Shown: piece after piece, positions 10,405 to 21,368 of the stretch | Layout of the letters: every line of letters begins with the position of its first letter | How positions within the stretch are numbered: position 1 is the stretch's first letter | DNA from: a bacterium | GTDB lineage: Bacteria > Patescibacteriota > Gracilibacteria > Absconditabacterales > Absconditicoccaceae | Assembly (NCBI GenBank): GCA_023245855.1 | Contig: JAHFJL010000001.1 | Location: 19,975-83,974, forward strand | Length of the DNA: 64,000 nt | Reading direction: 5' to 3' | Position numbers and translations under genes: made by a program | The notes under the pieces: generated by a model | What the model saw: the letters and a program-made list of their open reading frames with translations, nothing else | What the model was told of the DNA's origin: nothing | The model's database searches: none

Positions 10405-10857
10405 ATGTCAAAATTAGTTGTAGGAAATATGTCTAATCCAAAAATCGAAAAAATCATCAACTATCTCATGAAGCATGGGAAGAAAAGTGTTGCTAAAAAA
10501 ATCTATGATGATACTTTAGCTGAGATCAAATCTAGTGGACATATGAATCCAGAAATCGTATTGGAAACTGCTATAGAAAATGCTTCTCCTACTTTGATGA
10601 TTAAGTCAAAGAGAATGGGAGGTTCAGTATATCAAGTTCCTGTGGAAGTGAGACAAGATAAAAAATTATTTTTCGCTTTCAAATGGATTTTGGATGGAAC
10701 TAAATCTAAAAAAGGAAAACCTATGTACAAAAAATTGGCTGAAGAATTATTGGCTGCTTACGGTAACCAAGGATATGCAGTAAAAAAGAAGGAAGAAACA
10801 CTTAAGATGGCGGAAGCTAACAAAGCGTTTGCTTACATGGCTAAATACGTACATTAA
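10405..10857 (+). CDS. rpsG: 30S ribosomal protein S7
   Basis: MSKLVVGN...HGKKSVAKKIYDDTL...KSKRMGGSVYQVPVEVR...KEETLKMAEANKAFA. ATG 10405 chosen inside track ORF 10372-10857. Confidence 0.9.
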   Translation: MSKLVVGNMSNPKIEKIINYLMKHGKKSVAKKIYDDTLAEIKSSGHMNPEIVLETAIENASPTLMIKSKRMGGSVYQVPVEVRQDKKLFFAFKWILDGTKSKKGKPMYKKLAEELLAAYGNQGYAVKKKEETLKMAEANKAFAYMAKYVH

Positions 10858-10924
10858 ACATAACAACCAAGCGTTTCGTCGCTTAAACATTTCAAGGATT
10901 TATCTTCTATAAATTATTAAGAAA

Positions 10925-11176
10925 ATGGGAAATACAAGTGGTGCAAAATATAAACACATGATGTACAACGTATCGCGAGCAAGCCAAAAATCTGGTAGAA
11001 AACTAGAAAAAGCTCTTGATCGATATGTTGATCTTATCAAAAAAGAAGCTGCACAAGGAGAGACAAAATGGATCTACAAGACAAAAGAGAGAGCACAAGC
11101 AAGACTTAAAAAATTTGGTATTACACAAAAGATGGTTGATGCTGCTTTGGAGAAAAAATGACTCCTTAAAAAATAG
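10925..11176 (+). CDS. Small Lys-rich hypothetical protein (83 aa)
   Basis: Track ORF 10925-11161 extended through TGA to TAG at 11174-11176. No family recognised. Confidence 0.4.
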
Positions 11177-11249
11177 ATTTAGATACTAGATTCAAGATTG
11201 CAATCATGCATCATATATCGTGAATCGTTTTAAATTATTTGTTTATTAG

Positions 11250-11393
11250 ATGACTAGATTAAAAACCAACGCAAAAAGAAAACTCAACAAAGCTTTGTTT
11301 AGAGTTGAAAAAGTAGTAATCATGGACGTAAGAAGAAATCTTGAGCAACAGAAAAAATGGAAAGCTAAAGTAATGAACAAAAAATCTAAATAA
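11250..11393 (+). CDS. Very basic 47-aa hypothetical protein (possibly ribosome-associated)
   Basis: MTRLKTNAKRKLNKALFRVEKVVIMDVRRNLEQQKKWKAKVMNKKSK. Sits between ribosomal protein genes and is below the track's length cutoff. Confidence 0.3.
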   Translation: MTRLKTNAKRKLNKALFRVEKVVIMDVRRNLEQQKKWKAKVMNKKSK

Positions 11394-11465
11394 ATCTTTA
11401 GATGCTAGGTTCGATACTACAAATCCTGTATTATGAAACAAATTTATATTATTATATATTGGTAA

Positions 11466-11891
11466 ATGAATTTTGACAGACTAAAACATTTCTACGAAAA
11501 CAATGGAAGCAAAATCCTTGACGTACAACCAGGTATGCAATTGGAAATCCACGAAAAAGATGTAGAAACAAATAGAATTTGGAGATTTAAATGTCTCGTG
11601 ATCAAAGTAAAAAAACCTGGTCATGCTGATGGTTCTTTCACGGTTAGAGGAACTGTTGCTGGTGTGGAAGTAGAAAAGATCTACCCACTTTCTTTCAATA
11701 ATTTCGATAAAATCATCCTCTTGGATGAATATAAAGTAAGAAGAGCTAAACTCTACTACATCAGAGATAAGGTAGGAAAGGATGCAAGATTCAAGTCTAA
11801 GATCACTGCTGCAAAAAGAGATATGAACCTTCTCGACAAAGACGCAGCAAAAGTAAAAGAGAACAAAGGAAAGAAAAAAGCAAAAAAATAA
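11466..11891 (+). CDS. rplS: 50S ribosomal protein L19
   Basis: ...RIWRFKCLVIKVKK...FTVRGTVAGVEVEKIYPLSFNNFDKI.LLDEYKVRRAKLYYIRDKVGK is the L19 signature. Confidence 0.9.
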   Translation: MNFDRLKHFYENNGSKILDVQPGMQLEIHEKDVETNRIWRFKCLVIKVKKPGHADGSFTVRGTVAGVEVEKIYPLSFNNFDKIILLDEYKVRRAKLYYIRDKVGKDARFKSKITAAKRDMNLLDKDAAKVKENKGKKKAKK

Positions 11892-11972
11892 CATTTAGAA
11901 TGTAGTAATTAGAATTTTCAGCTTTATGCTTTATGCTTTGAGCTTAGAAATTATCATTTATCATCTATCATT

Positions 11973-12644
11973 ATGTATAAAATGGAACTTATTGTAACCT
12001 CTCGCCAAAATATGAAGGCAAAAGACTTGAGAAAAGAAGGATTGATTCCTGGAATAATTTATGGAAAACATCTCGATACCCCTATCATGGTCGCTTGCAA
12101 AAGAAATGATCTTATCAAAAAATATAAGGAAGCTGGATACTCTACTCCGCTTACTATTACAGGTGACAACAAACTTGATCAGCTCGTTTTGATCCAAGAT
12201 ATCCAATTAGATCCTGTGTCTGATGTACTCTTGCATATAGATTTTTTGGCGGTTAACAAAGATGAAAAAGTTACTACGGAAATACCTATCAAGATGATCG
12301 GTGAATCTCCTATCGAAAAATTGGGACAAGGAAAAATACAGCTTTTGAAAGACTTTATCGAAGTTGAAGCGTTCCCTCAAGACTTACCGCATGACATTAC
12401 TGTTGATATCTCAATCATCCAAAATATGAATGATACGGTAGTCGTTAAAGATCTTAAAGTATCAAGTAAAGTCAAAGTACTTGATGATCCTGAACAAGCT
12501 ATTATTACCGTTGTTACTATGCAAGAAGAAGTAGAAGAGACTCCTGTAGTCGCTGCTGCTGAAGGTACGCCTGCTGAAGGTGCTGCTGCTCCAGCTGCTG
12601 GTGCTGCTCCTGCTAAGGATGATAAAAAAGATGCTAAAAAATAA
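11973..12644 (+). CDS. rplY: 50S ribosomal protein L25 / general stress protein Ctc
   Basis: LRKEGLIPGIIYGKH...IQLDPVSDVLLHIDFL...IEVEAFPQDLPHDITVDIS plus an Ala/Pro/Lys-rich tail. The start could be the Met at 11982. Confidence 0.85.
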   Translation: MYKMELIVTSRQNMKAKDLRKEGLIPGIIYGKHLDTPIMVACKRNDLIKKYKEAGYSTPLTITGDNKLDQLVLIQDIQLDPVSDVLLHIDFLAVNKDEKVTTEIPIKMIGESPIEKLGQGKIQLLKDFIEVEAFPQDLPHDITVDISIIQNMNDTVVVKDLKVSSKVKVLDDPEQAIITVVTMQEEVEETPVVAAAEGTPAEGAAAPAAGAAPAKDDKKDAKK

Positions 12645-12675
12645 TTCCCTTTATATATATTAACTGCTAAATACA

Positions 12676-12864
12676 ATGGCAAGAATATGCGACTTTTCTG
12701 GAAAATGAACTAGATCTGGAAATATGAGATCTCACTCTATGAGAGCAACTAAAAGAGCGTTCAAACCCAACTTGATCAACAAACAAGTGACTTTGGAAGA
12801 TGGTTCAAAACTCAATGTAAAAATCAGCTCTAAGATATACAAGAAACTTAAAGGATTCATCTAA
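12676..12864 (+). CDS. rpmB: 50S ribosomal protein L28
   Basis: [33 protein letters not shown]... The TGA encodes the Gly in the GK-G-T segment. Not in the track because it is split by that TGA. Confidence 0.9.
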
Positions 12865-12892
12865 AAAAAACCTGTATATATTTCATCGACAT

Positions 12893-12965
12893 GGGGTGGT
12901 AGCTCAGTCGGTAGAGCAATGGCCTTTTAAGCCAGTGGTCCAGGGTTCGATCCCCTGTCACCCTA
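12893..12965 (+). tRNA. tRNA-Lys (anticodon UUU)
   Basis: Cloverleaf folded by hand. Acceptor GGGGTGG/TCACCCT; D arm GCTC-AGTCGGTA-GAGC. Anticodon stem ATGGC/GCCAG with loop CTTTTAA. T arm CAGGG-TTCGATC-CCCTG. No encoded CCA. Confidence 0.85.
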
Positions 12966-13000
12966 GATGAAATATGTTTCTTGTTTTCATATATATTGAA

Positions 13001-13027
13001 ATATCTGAGCAATCAGATATTTTTTTG
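13001..13027 (+). terminator. Rho-independent terminator after tRNA-Lys
   Basis: Perfect stem atatctga / tcagatat with loop gcaa, then T6. Confidence 0.65.
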
Positions 13028-13228
13028 TTTTTTTTAGTCCAGGTTTTATCTAGAGGACTCCACTACTATTGCCTTAGATGAAATAGGTACTAATCTAAAG
13101 ATATTAACAACAAGTTACTCTAGTATTTTTTTATTTAAACGATTTTTTTAGTTGAAATACGGACCAAATACAGTACATAAGAGTATTGAATTTTCGCTTG
13201 CTAGTATGTTTATCTCTCATATATCGCT

Positions 13229-15619
13229 ATGAAAAATCTTGTTATCGTTGAGTCTCCCGCTAAATCAGCCACTATCAAAAAATTTCTCGGTGAATGATTT
13301 GAGGTCAAAGCATCATTTGGGCATGTAGTTGATCTGCCTCAAAAAGAGCTCTGAGTGGATGTGAAAAATAATTTCGCGCCAAAATACGTCGTCTCTCCTG
13401 AAAAGACTAAGGTCGTAAGCGAGCTGAAAGCTCTAGCGAAAAAGGCTGATAAAGTCTGGATCGCTACCGATGAAGACCGCGAGGGGGAAGCTATTGGTCG
13501 ACATGTAGCTAACGAGCTATGATTAGATATCAAAAAGACTGCAAGGATCGTATTCCATGAGATTACAAAAGAAGCGATCGATAAAGCCGTAAAAAATCCA
13601 AGAACCATAGATATGCATTTAGTGGATGCTCAACAGGCAAGAAGAATCCTTGATAGACTCGTAGGATTCGAGCTCTCACCTGTCCTCTGGAAGAAGATTA
13701 AAATGGGGTTGAGTGCATGAAGAGTCCAATCCGTCGCCGTAAGGTTGATCGTAGAAAGGGAAAGAGAAATCCAAAAATTTGAGTCAGCATCGTTCTTTAA
13801 AGTTATTGGAAATTTTGTTGGTGATGCGAAAAAGGAGTTTAGAGCTGAATTAAGCAAGGATCTCGGCAACGCCGACGAAGCGAAGAAATTTTTGGAGTCC
13901 TGCAAGGATGCGAAATACGCTATCGAAAACGTCGAAGTCAAACCCGGAAAAAAATCGCCTTCTGCGCCGTTCACGACTTCTACGCTCCAACAGGAAGCGA
14001 GTAGAAAGCTCGGATTCTCCGTAGCGAGAACGATGCAAGTCGCTCAGAAATTATATGAATGAGGGTTCATCACCTACATGAGAACCGATTCCGTGAACAT
14101 GTCAGATTTCGCGGTGAAAGCGGCTCAAGACGAGATCATCAGCAGATATGGGAAAGACTATTCGAAACCGACGCAATATACCACTAAATCCAAATGATCG
14201 CAAGAAGCGCATGAATGTATCAGACCGACACATATGGAAAACAATATCGCTGGAGGCGACGCTTCTGAAAAGAGGTTGTACGAACTTATCTGGAAGAGAT
14301 CCATCGCATCCCAGATGGCGTCTGCTGAAGTAGAGAAAACTAAAGCGACTATCAGCATCTCAACGAATAATAAATTCAATTTCATCGCGAGCGGTGAAGT
14401 CATCAAGTTTGAAGGGTTCTTGAAAGTATATCTGGAATCTACCGATGAAGATGAAGACGAAGAAGAGTCTGGGATGTTGCCGAAGCTCACGAAAGGAGAG
14501 ATCCTTGCGATGCAGCAGATCCTTGCGACAGAAAGATTCAAGAACCATCCGCCAAGATACACGGAGGCGTCGTTGGTCAAGAAGCTTGAAGAGCTTGGAA
14601 TCGGACGTCCGTCTACGTACGCGCCTACGATCTCTACCGTCCAAAAAAGAGGATATGTATTGAAAGAGGATAGGAATGGAACGGAAAGAAAGTACCAGGA
14701 ATTTGTGCTGAGATTAGGCACCATCAAAGCGGATACCAGGACACAAAATACCGGAGCTGAGAAACAAAAACTTTTCCCGACTGACATCTGAATGTTGGTG
14801 AATGATTTTTTGGTGACGAATTTCAAAGATATTTTGGATTACAACTTCACGGCGAGCGTTGAAGGGGAATTTGATGAAATCGCTGAAGGGAAGGTGAAAT
14901 GGGCGGAAATGATCAAACATTTTTATGGGCCGTTCCACAAAGAGGTCGCTAAAACGATGGAGTTTGCTGAAAAGCAAAGCGCTGAAAAAGAGCTCGGAAT
15001 CGATCCCAATACCGGAAAGAAAGTCATCGCAAGGATCGGAAGATTCGGACCGATGGTGCAAGTAGGGACCGCTCAAGATACTGAGAAGCCGAAATTCGCG
15101 TCATTGAAACCTGGGCAGACTATCGAGATGCTTACCTTGGAAGATGCATTAGGATTGTTCGCGTTACCAAGGATTGCAGGAAACTACGAATGAGAGCCTG
15201 TGACCGTGGCTGTCGGTAAATTTTGACCCTATCTGAAATACAAGACGTTCTTTGTCTCGATTCCGAAAACGCTTGATCCGTATACCATCACCATGGACGA
15301 AGCTACGCCGCTTATCGCGAAGAAAATCGATACAGAAAAAAATAAATATATCAATGAATTTGATAACAAGTGAAAAAAAATAGAAGTGCTTAATGGGCTC
15401 TATGGTGCATACATCAAGTTTGATGGTAATAACTACAAGATCCCCAAAGGATGAAAGGATGCAACTGATCTTACGATGAAGGATTGCCTAGAGATTATCG
15501 CTAATGGTCCTAAGCCAAAGTTTGGTAGTAAAAAAGAGGCTGCACCTGTAAAAAAGGCGCCTGCTAAGAAAGCTGTTGCTAAAAAACCAGCCGCTAAAAA
15601 AATCACTAGGAAGAAGTAA
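13229..15619 (+). CDS. topA: DNA topoisomerase I
   Basis: [21 protein letters not shown]..., [10 protein letters not shown] (Toprim), [32 protein letters not shown]. Track fragments 13745-14062, 14234-14791 and 14792-15193 are in one frame joined by TGA. Lys/Ala-rich tail. TAA stop at 15617-15619. Confidence 0.95.
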
Positions 15620-15631
15620 AAAATATGTGAA

Positions 15632-15652
15632 TCCGGCGAAAGTCGGGTTTTT
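15632..15652 (+). terminator. Rho-independent terminator after topA
   Basis: Stem ccggc / gtcgg with GAAA tetraloop, followed by T5. Confidence 0.6.
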
Positions 15653-15803
15653 CTAAAAAAAATTATTTCTATCAAATAAACAATCCAAATTACTTTATAT
15701 TTAAAGCGGAATTGGTACATTAGAAAAAATCAATTTTTTTGACCTAAAGGATAAAAAGTGTTCTGAGTACATCAAAAAATAGCTTTATTTTCAATCATAC
15801 CAT

Positions 15804-16355
15804 ATGCCAATAAACAATCCATTACATCGGGATAAGAATGCTTTTCTATTAGTAATAAACGATATTCTAGATAGATTATATACTAAAGAACTCCATTTAT
15901 TTACTAATAATGAAGGTAAATGATTGACCGAAAGATGTTTGGTATTTAGAATATCATTTTTCTTACAAAGATTTTTTACAAAATACAAATATTATGTAGA
16001 TTGTGACTATAATAGTTCTCTCGAATTAGTCTATACTCACGATGGACGTTACCAATGGAAAAATAATCCAGGAAAGCTAATTACCTGCAAAAACTCTCAA
16101 TGAAATCTAGTTATGATTAAGAGATTCATTGATATTATTATCCATAAAAGAGTTAATAAAAGAACTGATTTAATTTGTTTTGAAGTAAAAAAACGAAATA
16201 ATCAAGACTCAAAAAATATGGAAAAAGATACGAACAATTTAAAAGTTTTAACTTCCGACTATTGATATAAATTTTGATTCCATTTAATTTTATGACAGAC
16301 CAGAAAAACTTGTAAAATACATACTTATGCCTTTTGATCAGAGATTATTGAATAG
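15804..16355 (+). CDS. Hypothetical protein, possible PD-(D/E)xK nuclease fold (183 aa)
   Basis: Continuous frame with 7 TGA=Gly. RFIDIIIH ... DLICFEVKK resembles a D...ExK catalytic motif. Invisible in the track because of the TGA splits. Confidence 0.5.
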
Positions 16356-16413
16356 CAATCTCATTCATTTTTTTATTTCTCACTAAAATATATATTTTTT
16401 ATAATTTAGAATA

Positions 16414-16893
16414 CTAATGTTTCCAACTCCGTTTGATAAATTTTACTATCAAATAAATAATTAATAATATTCATACTAAAGAAATAATATATCGTTTAAT
16501 AGCCCATAAAAATCCAAGTATTCATATTACAATATTTTCTAAACTCATTCATCGTGTTCGATAACTCAATAACACAATTATTGCAAGAACCAACAAAAAT
16601 CGAAATATATTTGCAATATATTCTCAAATATATTTAAATGAAAGACCCATATTTCAAAGGAACAATAAAAATCACATTGTGCTCAGTGGTATGGATATTA
16701 TTAATCACACAATTATTCAATCTTTACCTCATATAATTCATCAAATTATAGGTAGAATTAACCGAGATAAGATGGTAAGCCATAATAAACATCAATTATT
16801 TTGGATCTTGTTAATTATAGACAATTTTTGTTGTCCTTCAGATATTTTATTAATTTTTTCTACTTTTTGATAATGATTGGACTTCTTAGACAT
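16414..16893 (-). CDS. Small Gly/Ile/Leu-rich integral membrane protein (159 aa)
   Basis: ATG at 16893-16891, TAG at 16416-16414, and 13 in-frame TGA codons. Hydrophobic segments such as LLWLTILSRLILPIIGGIIGG. Confidence 0.55.
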
Positions 16894-17160
16894 GTGTATT
16901 TATAACAATAAAAACAAACATATAATATATAAACTATCACTATAAATATTCAAGATAAGGAATAGATTTTTCATCGTACAAATTTCTACTAAAAACACAC
17001 TTTAACTCATCTTAAATACTAGCTTCCCCATATAATTTCTATTTCTGTCAAAAATAATCTTGATAATTAAAATATGATGTATATAATTGATACGCAAAAA
17101 AAATCTGAACTTTTGTGAATATTTTTTAATGTCGAATTTTTATTTTTTTATGACAGGAAG

Positions 17161-18183
17161 ATGGAGAAGAAAATTACAGAAGCACCGAATAAAGGTGATA
17201 TTATGCTCTACAAGGATAAAGAGGGAAAAACTGCGGTCGAAGTGAAATTTGAAAATGAGACGGTGCGGTTAAATCAGAAACAGATTGCTATCTTGTTTGA
17301 TAGAGATACCAATACCATCTGAGAACATATACAAAATGTTTTTCATGAAAAAGAATTAGATAAGACAGCAACTACCCGGAAATTCCGGGTAGTTCAAAAA
17401 GAGTGATGAAAAGCAGTAAAAAGAACTATAGTACACTATAATCTGGATGTGATTATATCCGTAGGATATCGTGTAAAATCTATGAGAGGCACTCAATTCC
17501 GTATCTGGGCAACACAAAGACTCAAGGATTATCTCATCAAGGGATTCGCTCTCAACCAAAAAAGGCTTGAAGAGACTAAACTCAACGAGTTGGAACAAGT
17601 GGTCGCTTTGATCAAAAAAAATATCGATTATAAATGACTTTCGTATAAGGAGACTGCCGGATTGCTCCAAGTCATCACTACCTATACCTATTCATGGATC
17701 TTATTGCAAAAATATGATGAAGGAACACTAAGTCTACCCAATCTTCACGATGAACTGAAAGCTGAACTTACCTACAAAGAAGCTATCGAAGCGGTGCAGG
17801 CTATGAAGAAAGAATTCCTGCCCAAAAAACAGGTATCAACGCTCTTTGGTATCGAAAGGAATGATGAGTTGAAAGGGATATTGCAAAGCGTGTATCAATT
17901 TTTTGATGGACAACCACTCTACTCGAGCATCGAAGAAAAGGCAGCATACCTCTTATATTTTATCATCAAAAATCATCCTTTCGCTGATGGGAACAAGAAA
18001 ATCGGGGCGTTTCTTTTTCTCCGATTTCTTGCTAAAAATAGCTGTCTCTATCATGCCAATGGATCTAAAAAAATCGATGATGCAACCGTGGTTGCGATAA
18101 CGCTTTTGGTCGCGACTTGCGATAAAAACCAAAAAGATATGATCATAAAATTGGTTCTCAATTTCCTAGCAAAGAAAGAATAA
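17161..18183 (+). CDS. RhuM-family N-terminal domain fused to Fic/Doc domain protein
   Basis: N-terminal part: VVHYNLDVIISVGYRVKSMRGTQFRIWATQRLKDYLIKGF (RhuM-like). C-terminal part: HPFADGNKKIGAFLF (Doc-type Fic motif). Fragments 17449-17637 and 17662-18183 join through TGA. Confidence 0.8.
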
Positions 18184-18289
18184 TCATTATCTTGTAATTT
18201 CTCGCTAAAAACATACCTTGGAGCTAGTTTAAAACCAATATCATTTCCAGATTATAAATTATAAATTTTAAATTATAAATTCTTTTCTC

Positions 18290-19333
18290 GTGTTTTATAT
18301 CCGATACGAACATCTTTCCGAATCCCACCCGAGTTTTCGTGTCTACAAAATCCGTGAAAAGGATCAGATTTTGCAATATATCCTTCATGAAGACCTTATC
18401 AAGATCACTGAAGAATCACGAGAATACCCCAAATATAGCCATTATTTCATGCTCGATGAAAGCAGATTTTCGTTTTTCAGGTTTGATGTTTTCCAGACGT
18501 TCGACAAAAAATTCACCTATGATGATCTCAAAAAAATCATCGAAGAAAAATGCCAATCTACAAAAAAACATCATGATGTCGATGGTGAAAGGATTATGAT
18601 CTACGTCGATAGCGTCTTCGTCAACGGCGAAGAAAAGAAATATGTCATCGGCGAACAAGGCGAGATATTCTTCAGATTGTATGTCGTATATCTCAATAAA
18701 CAGACTATGAATATCATCAATTCCGTCTACGGAAATCTCCTCGAGGTAAAAAATATAAGCATCCTGCCGCAGTCGTTCCACACGCTCCTCTTCCTCAGAA
18801 ACAATCTGAAAAAAGATAATTTTGTGCTGCTGTATATCACAGAAAATTCGTGCAAGGCGATCAAGATCCAGAACGGGTTCTATTATAGCGTTGAGACATT
18901 AAATCTGGGGATGGCGGCGTTAAAACAGATGTACAAAGACAACGGCATCGTCCAATACCGGTACAAGACTTATGAATTCATCGAGTCAAACCCGCTTGCG
19001 AAAGGGCTTGTAACCGATACGCTCCAATTCTACTCTCAGCTTTTCTGTAAACGATTCCATGAAAAAAATCTTACCTGAACGGACGTGATCGTCATTTCTC
19101 CTATCACGAAAAACGTCCATTTCATCGAGACTTTCAACCAAGAATATAAGAAAACGACCAACAATTATATCGTGCCATTCCATCATTCCAATGTACTGAA
19201 TACGTTCAATAAAATACGGGAACCTGATGATATGGATGCAATCATATTGATGAACCGTGACGAAAAAATAAGGAACACGCTCCTGCAGAAAGATGATGAA
19301 ACGATAAAATGAGAAAACGACCCAACGATGTAA
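18290..19333 (+). CDS. Hypothetical protein (347 aa), weak resemblance to actin-like PilM/FtsA fold
   Basis: GTG start. Track ORFs 18290-19078 and 19085-19312 are in the same frame joined by TGA. TAA stop at 19331-19333. The function call is speculative. Confidence 0.5.
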
Positions 19334-19454
19334 TTTCGTTCGATCGCTTCTTCGATTGTGAGTTGTTCCGTATACTGTGTCTTGAGTGAAATTTAAATGG
19401 TCGTCTAAATATTTCCCCTCCTTCATTCTTGTCCCGATGGTTCGAGATAAACTA

Positions 19455-19958
19455 CTACAAAAATCCTTTCATTTGTTTTACTTTTTTTAAAAATACAATA
19501 TCTCTTTGGTGAATAAAAGAACCTCCATAATTTTCTGGTTTATCATTTTTTATTAAAGAGATAGCTTCATCGAGAGATACTCGAATGATCTTAAATCATT
19601 GATTTAATTCCTTTTCTGTAAAATTAGGATCTCCCTTTGAAAGCACTTTACATAAATAACAATATGAAGTCTGTTTTTGATTTCGTTCTGTGCGAAATTC
19701 AATAATTTTTCAAATCTCTTCGATGACTTTAATTTCACATCAGACTTCTTCTTTAGCTTCTCTTCTTAGTGCTTTTTCCTTATTTTCTCCTATTTCGATA
19801 CCACCACCTGGTAATTTATGGTAGTTGAATTTTGAAACAAAAAGTAAAGGAACCAATTCATTTTCATCGAAAATTACTGCTCTTGAAGCTTCTCTGATTT
19901 GTAGGTTTCATTCCGTTTCAGGGAATTTCGTATCGGTTATCTCTTTTAATAGTTCCAT
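19455..19958 (-). CDS. NUDIX hydrolase
   Basis: Nudix box GGGIEIGENKEKALRREAKEEVGCEI. 167 aa with 5 TGA=Gly codons. Confidence 0.8.
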
Positions 19959-20027
19959 ATTAGTAAGGTTCTTTTTTAAATAACAATTAGGATAAATTAG
20001 CAATAGCGTACAACTCTTAACTATGGA

Positions 20028-20048
20028 TTCCGGATCAAGTCCGGAATG
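20028..20048. repeat. Perfect 8-bp-stem GC hairpin (REP-like)
   Basis: attccgga-tcaag-tccggaat, lying between two minus-strand genes. Confidence 0.5.
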
Positions 20049-20070
20049 ACGGGTTTGAGTTCTATTTTGT

Positions 20071-20748
20071 TATTTTTTTCTTGAGCGTACCCCTAAATAT
20101 TTCTGACAGATTGAAACATAATTCCGACAATAAATACATCTGATGCAACGAGGCAATCTCGAATATCTTTTGTCATTCCTTCAATTTAGAGAAGTCTATC
20201 TCGATATCGAGACCGTACTCCTTGCTTCATTTCCGTTCTGTGAAATAGTCTGCGTATTTGAAGTTGAATCTTATTTTTTTTAGTTTCTCGCCTTTGAGTA
20301 TATAGTCTTTCTGTTTGATAAAATCAGTGATTTTGAGCTTAATATCTGCGGTCTCGATATGGTTGAGCACGTTCCTGAAAAACCTGATCACCTGTTCAAA
20401 CGCGAAATAATTGTCTTGCAGTTTCCTTTGGAGGAATATCTGAAAATCTCATTGGGTGTCAATCATCTCTCTCGTCACCGAGAAAATCCCCCTAAACGAA
20501 TTGATCTCAACCATATATCAGAATATATTCTTTTTGTCAGGATGCGCGTAGATGTCGGACAACAATTTTTTTATCACGTTCCCTTTCAACACAAATTTCT
20601 TTTTATCTGATGTGCTGATGGGCAGATCGACTACCGTTCCGGAGATATCCTTTTTTTTGATGACATCTTCGAGGAACTTTCAGAGATACAAGAATCTATA
20701 GAATCATTGTAAAAGCTCTAAATTCTGTAAGATTTTGTTGCTTGCCAT
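20071..20748 (-). CDS. Hypothetical protein (225 aa)
   Basis: I translated every codon from ATG 20748 to TAA 20073-20071. Only TGA interruptions (6). No family recognised. Confidence 0.55.
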
Positions 20749-20778
20749 CTGCTAAGATTAGCGATAAAAAAATCTGTT

Positions 20779-21330
20779 TTATTTTTTTGGGATCTTATAT
20801 TCTACACCATTAAGTTTTCTATTGGGGTCCAAGGTATCCTTTGTTTGTACTCTCTCTTCCCCATCAGCATCTCTCTCAATAATTCATCACAAAGACTCCG
20901 CTATCTTTCTACTCGGGATATTGTCCTTATCTACTGGATAATATAAGTATTTAAACTCCAGATTGTTTTGTGCTCGATCCGCTAATCCAGCAACAGCCTC
21001 CCTTCCTATCTTTTTTCCGAACGCTCACTTCTTGATCCGGATACCCAGTTCCGGAGCTTCAGGATTTTTGAAATGCAATCCTCAACATCCTAAGAACTCT
21101 TGGGTGATCTTATCCAAAATAGCTATTTGATAATTTTTTCAGTTGGTATTTTTATCGATAGATTCTTGGATAAATTTTTCCGTCTCGGTGATATGTTTTG
21201 GAGATTTAGGGAACATATATGTAGTGATCTCTGGTGTAAACTCCTTGAATATCTCTTGAGCATATTGTATTGAAATAGGCACGAGAAGCAAGCGTTCCGT
21301 CTCTATCGTTAGTGTGTTAAAATTTTCCAT
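20779..21330 (-). CDS. GNAT-family N-acetyltransferase (RimJ/RimL-like)
   Basis: MENFNTLTIETERLLLVPIS... is a typical RimJ/L N-terminus. Later ...LGCGGLHF...PELGIRIKK.AFGKKIGREA. Start moved to ATG 21330 inside track ORF 21139-21396 and extended through TGA. Confidence 0.7.
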
Positions 21331-21368
21331 TGTAGTATATGTACATGATAAAATGATTACGTATTTTT

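Noticed and set aside
14158-14826. 222-aa minus-strand ORF, plus others at 13339-13974 and 14714-15076
   Set aside because: These are shadow ORFs antisense to topA, whose plus-strand frame carries unmistakable topoisomerase I motifs.
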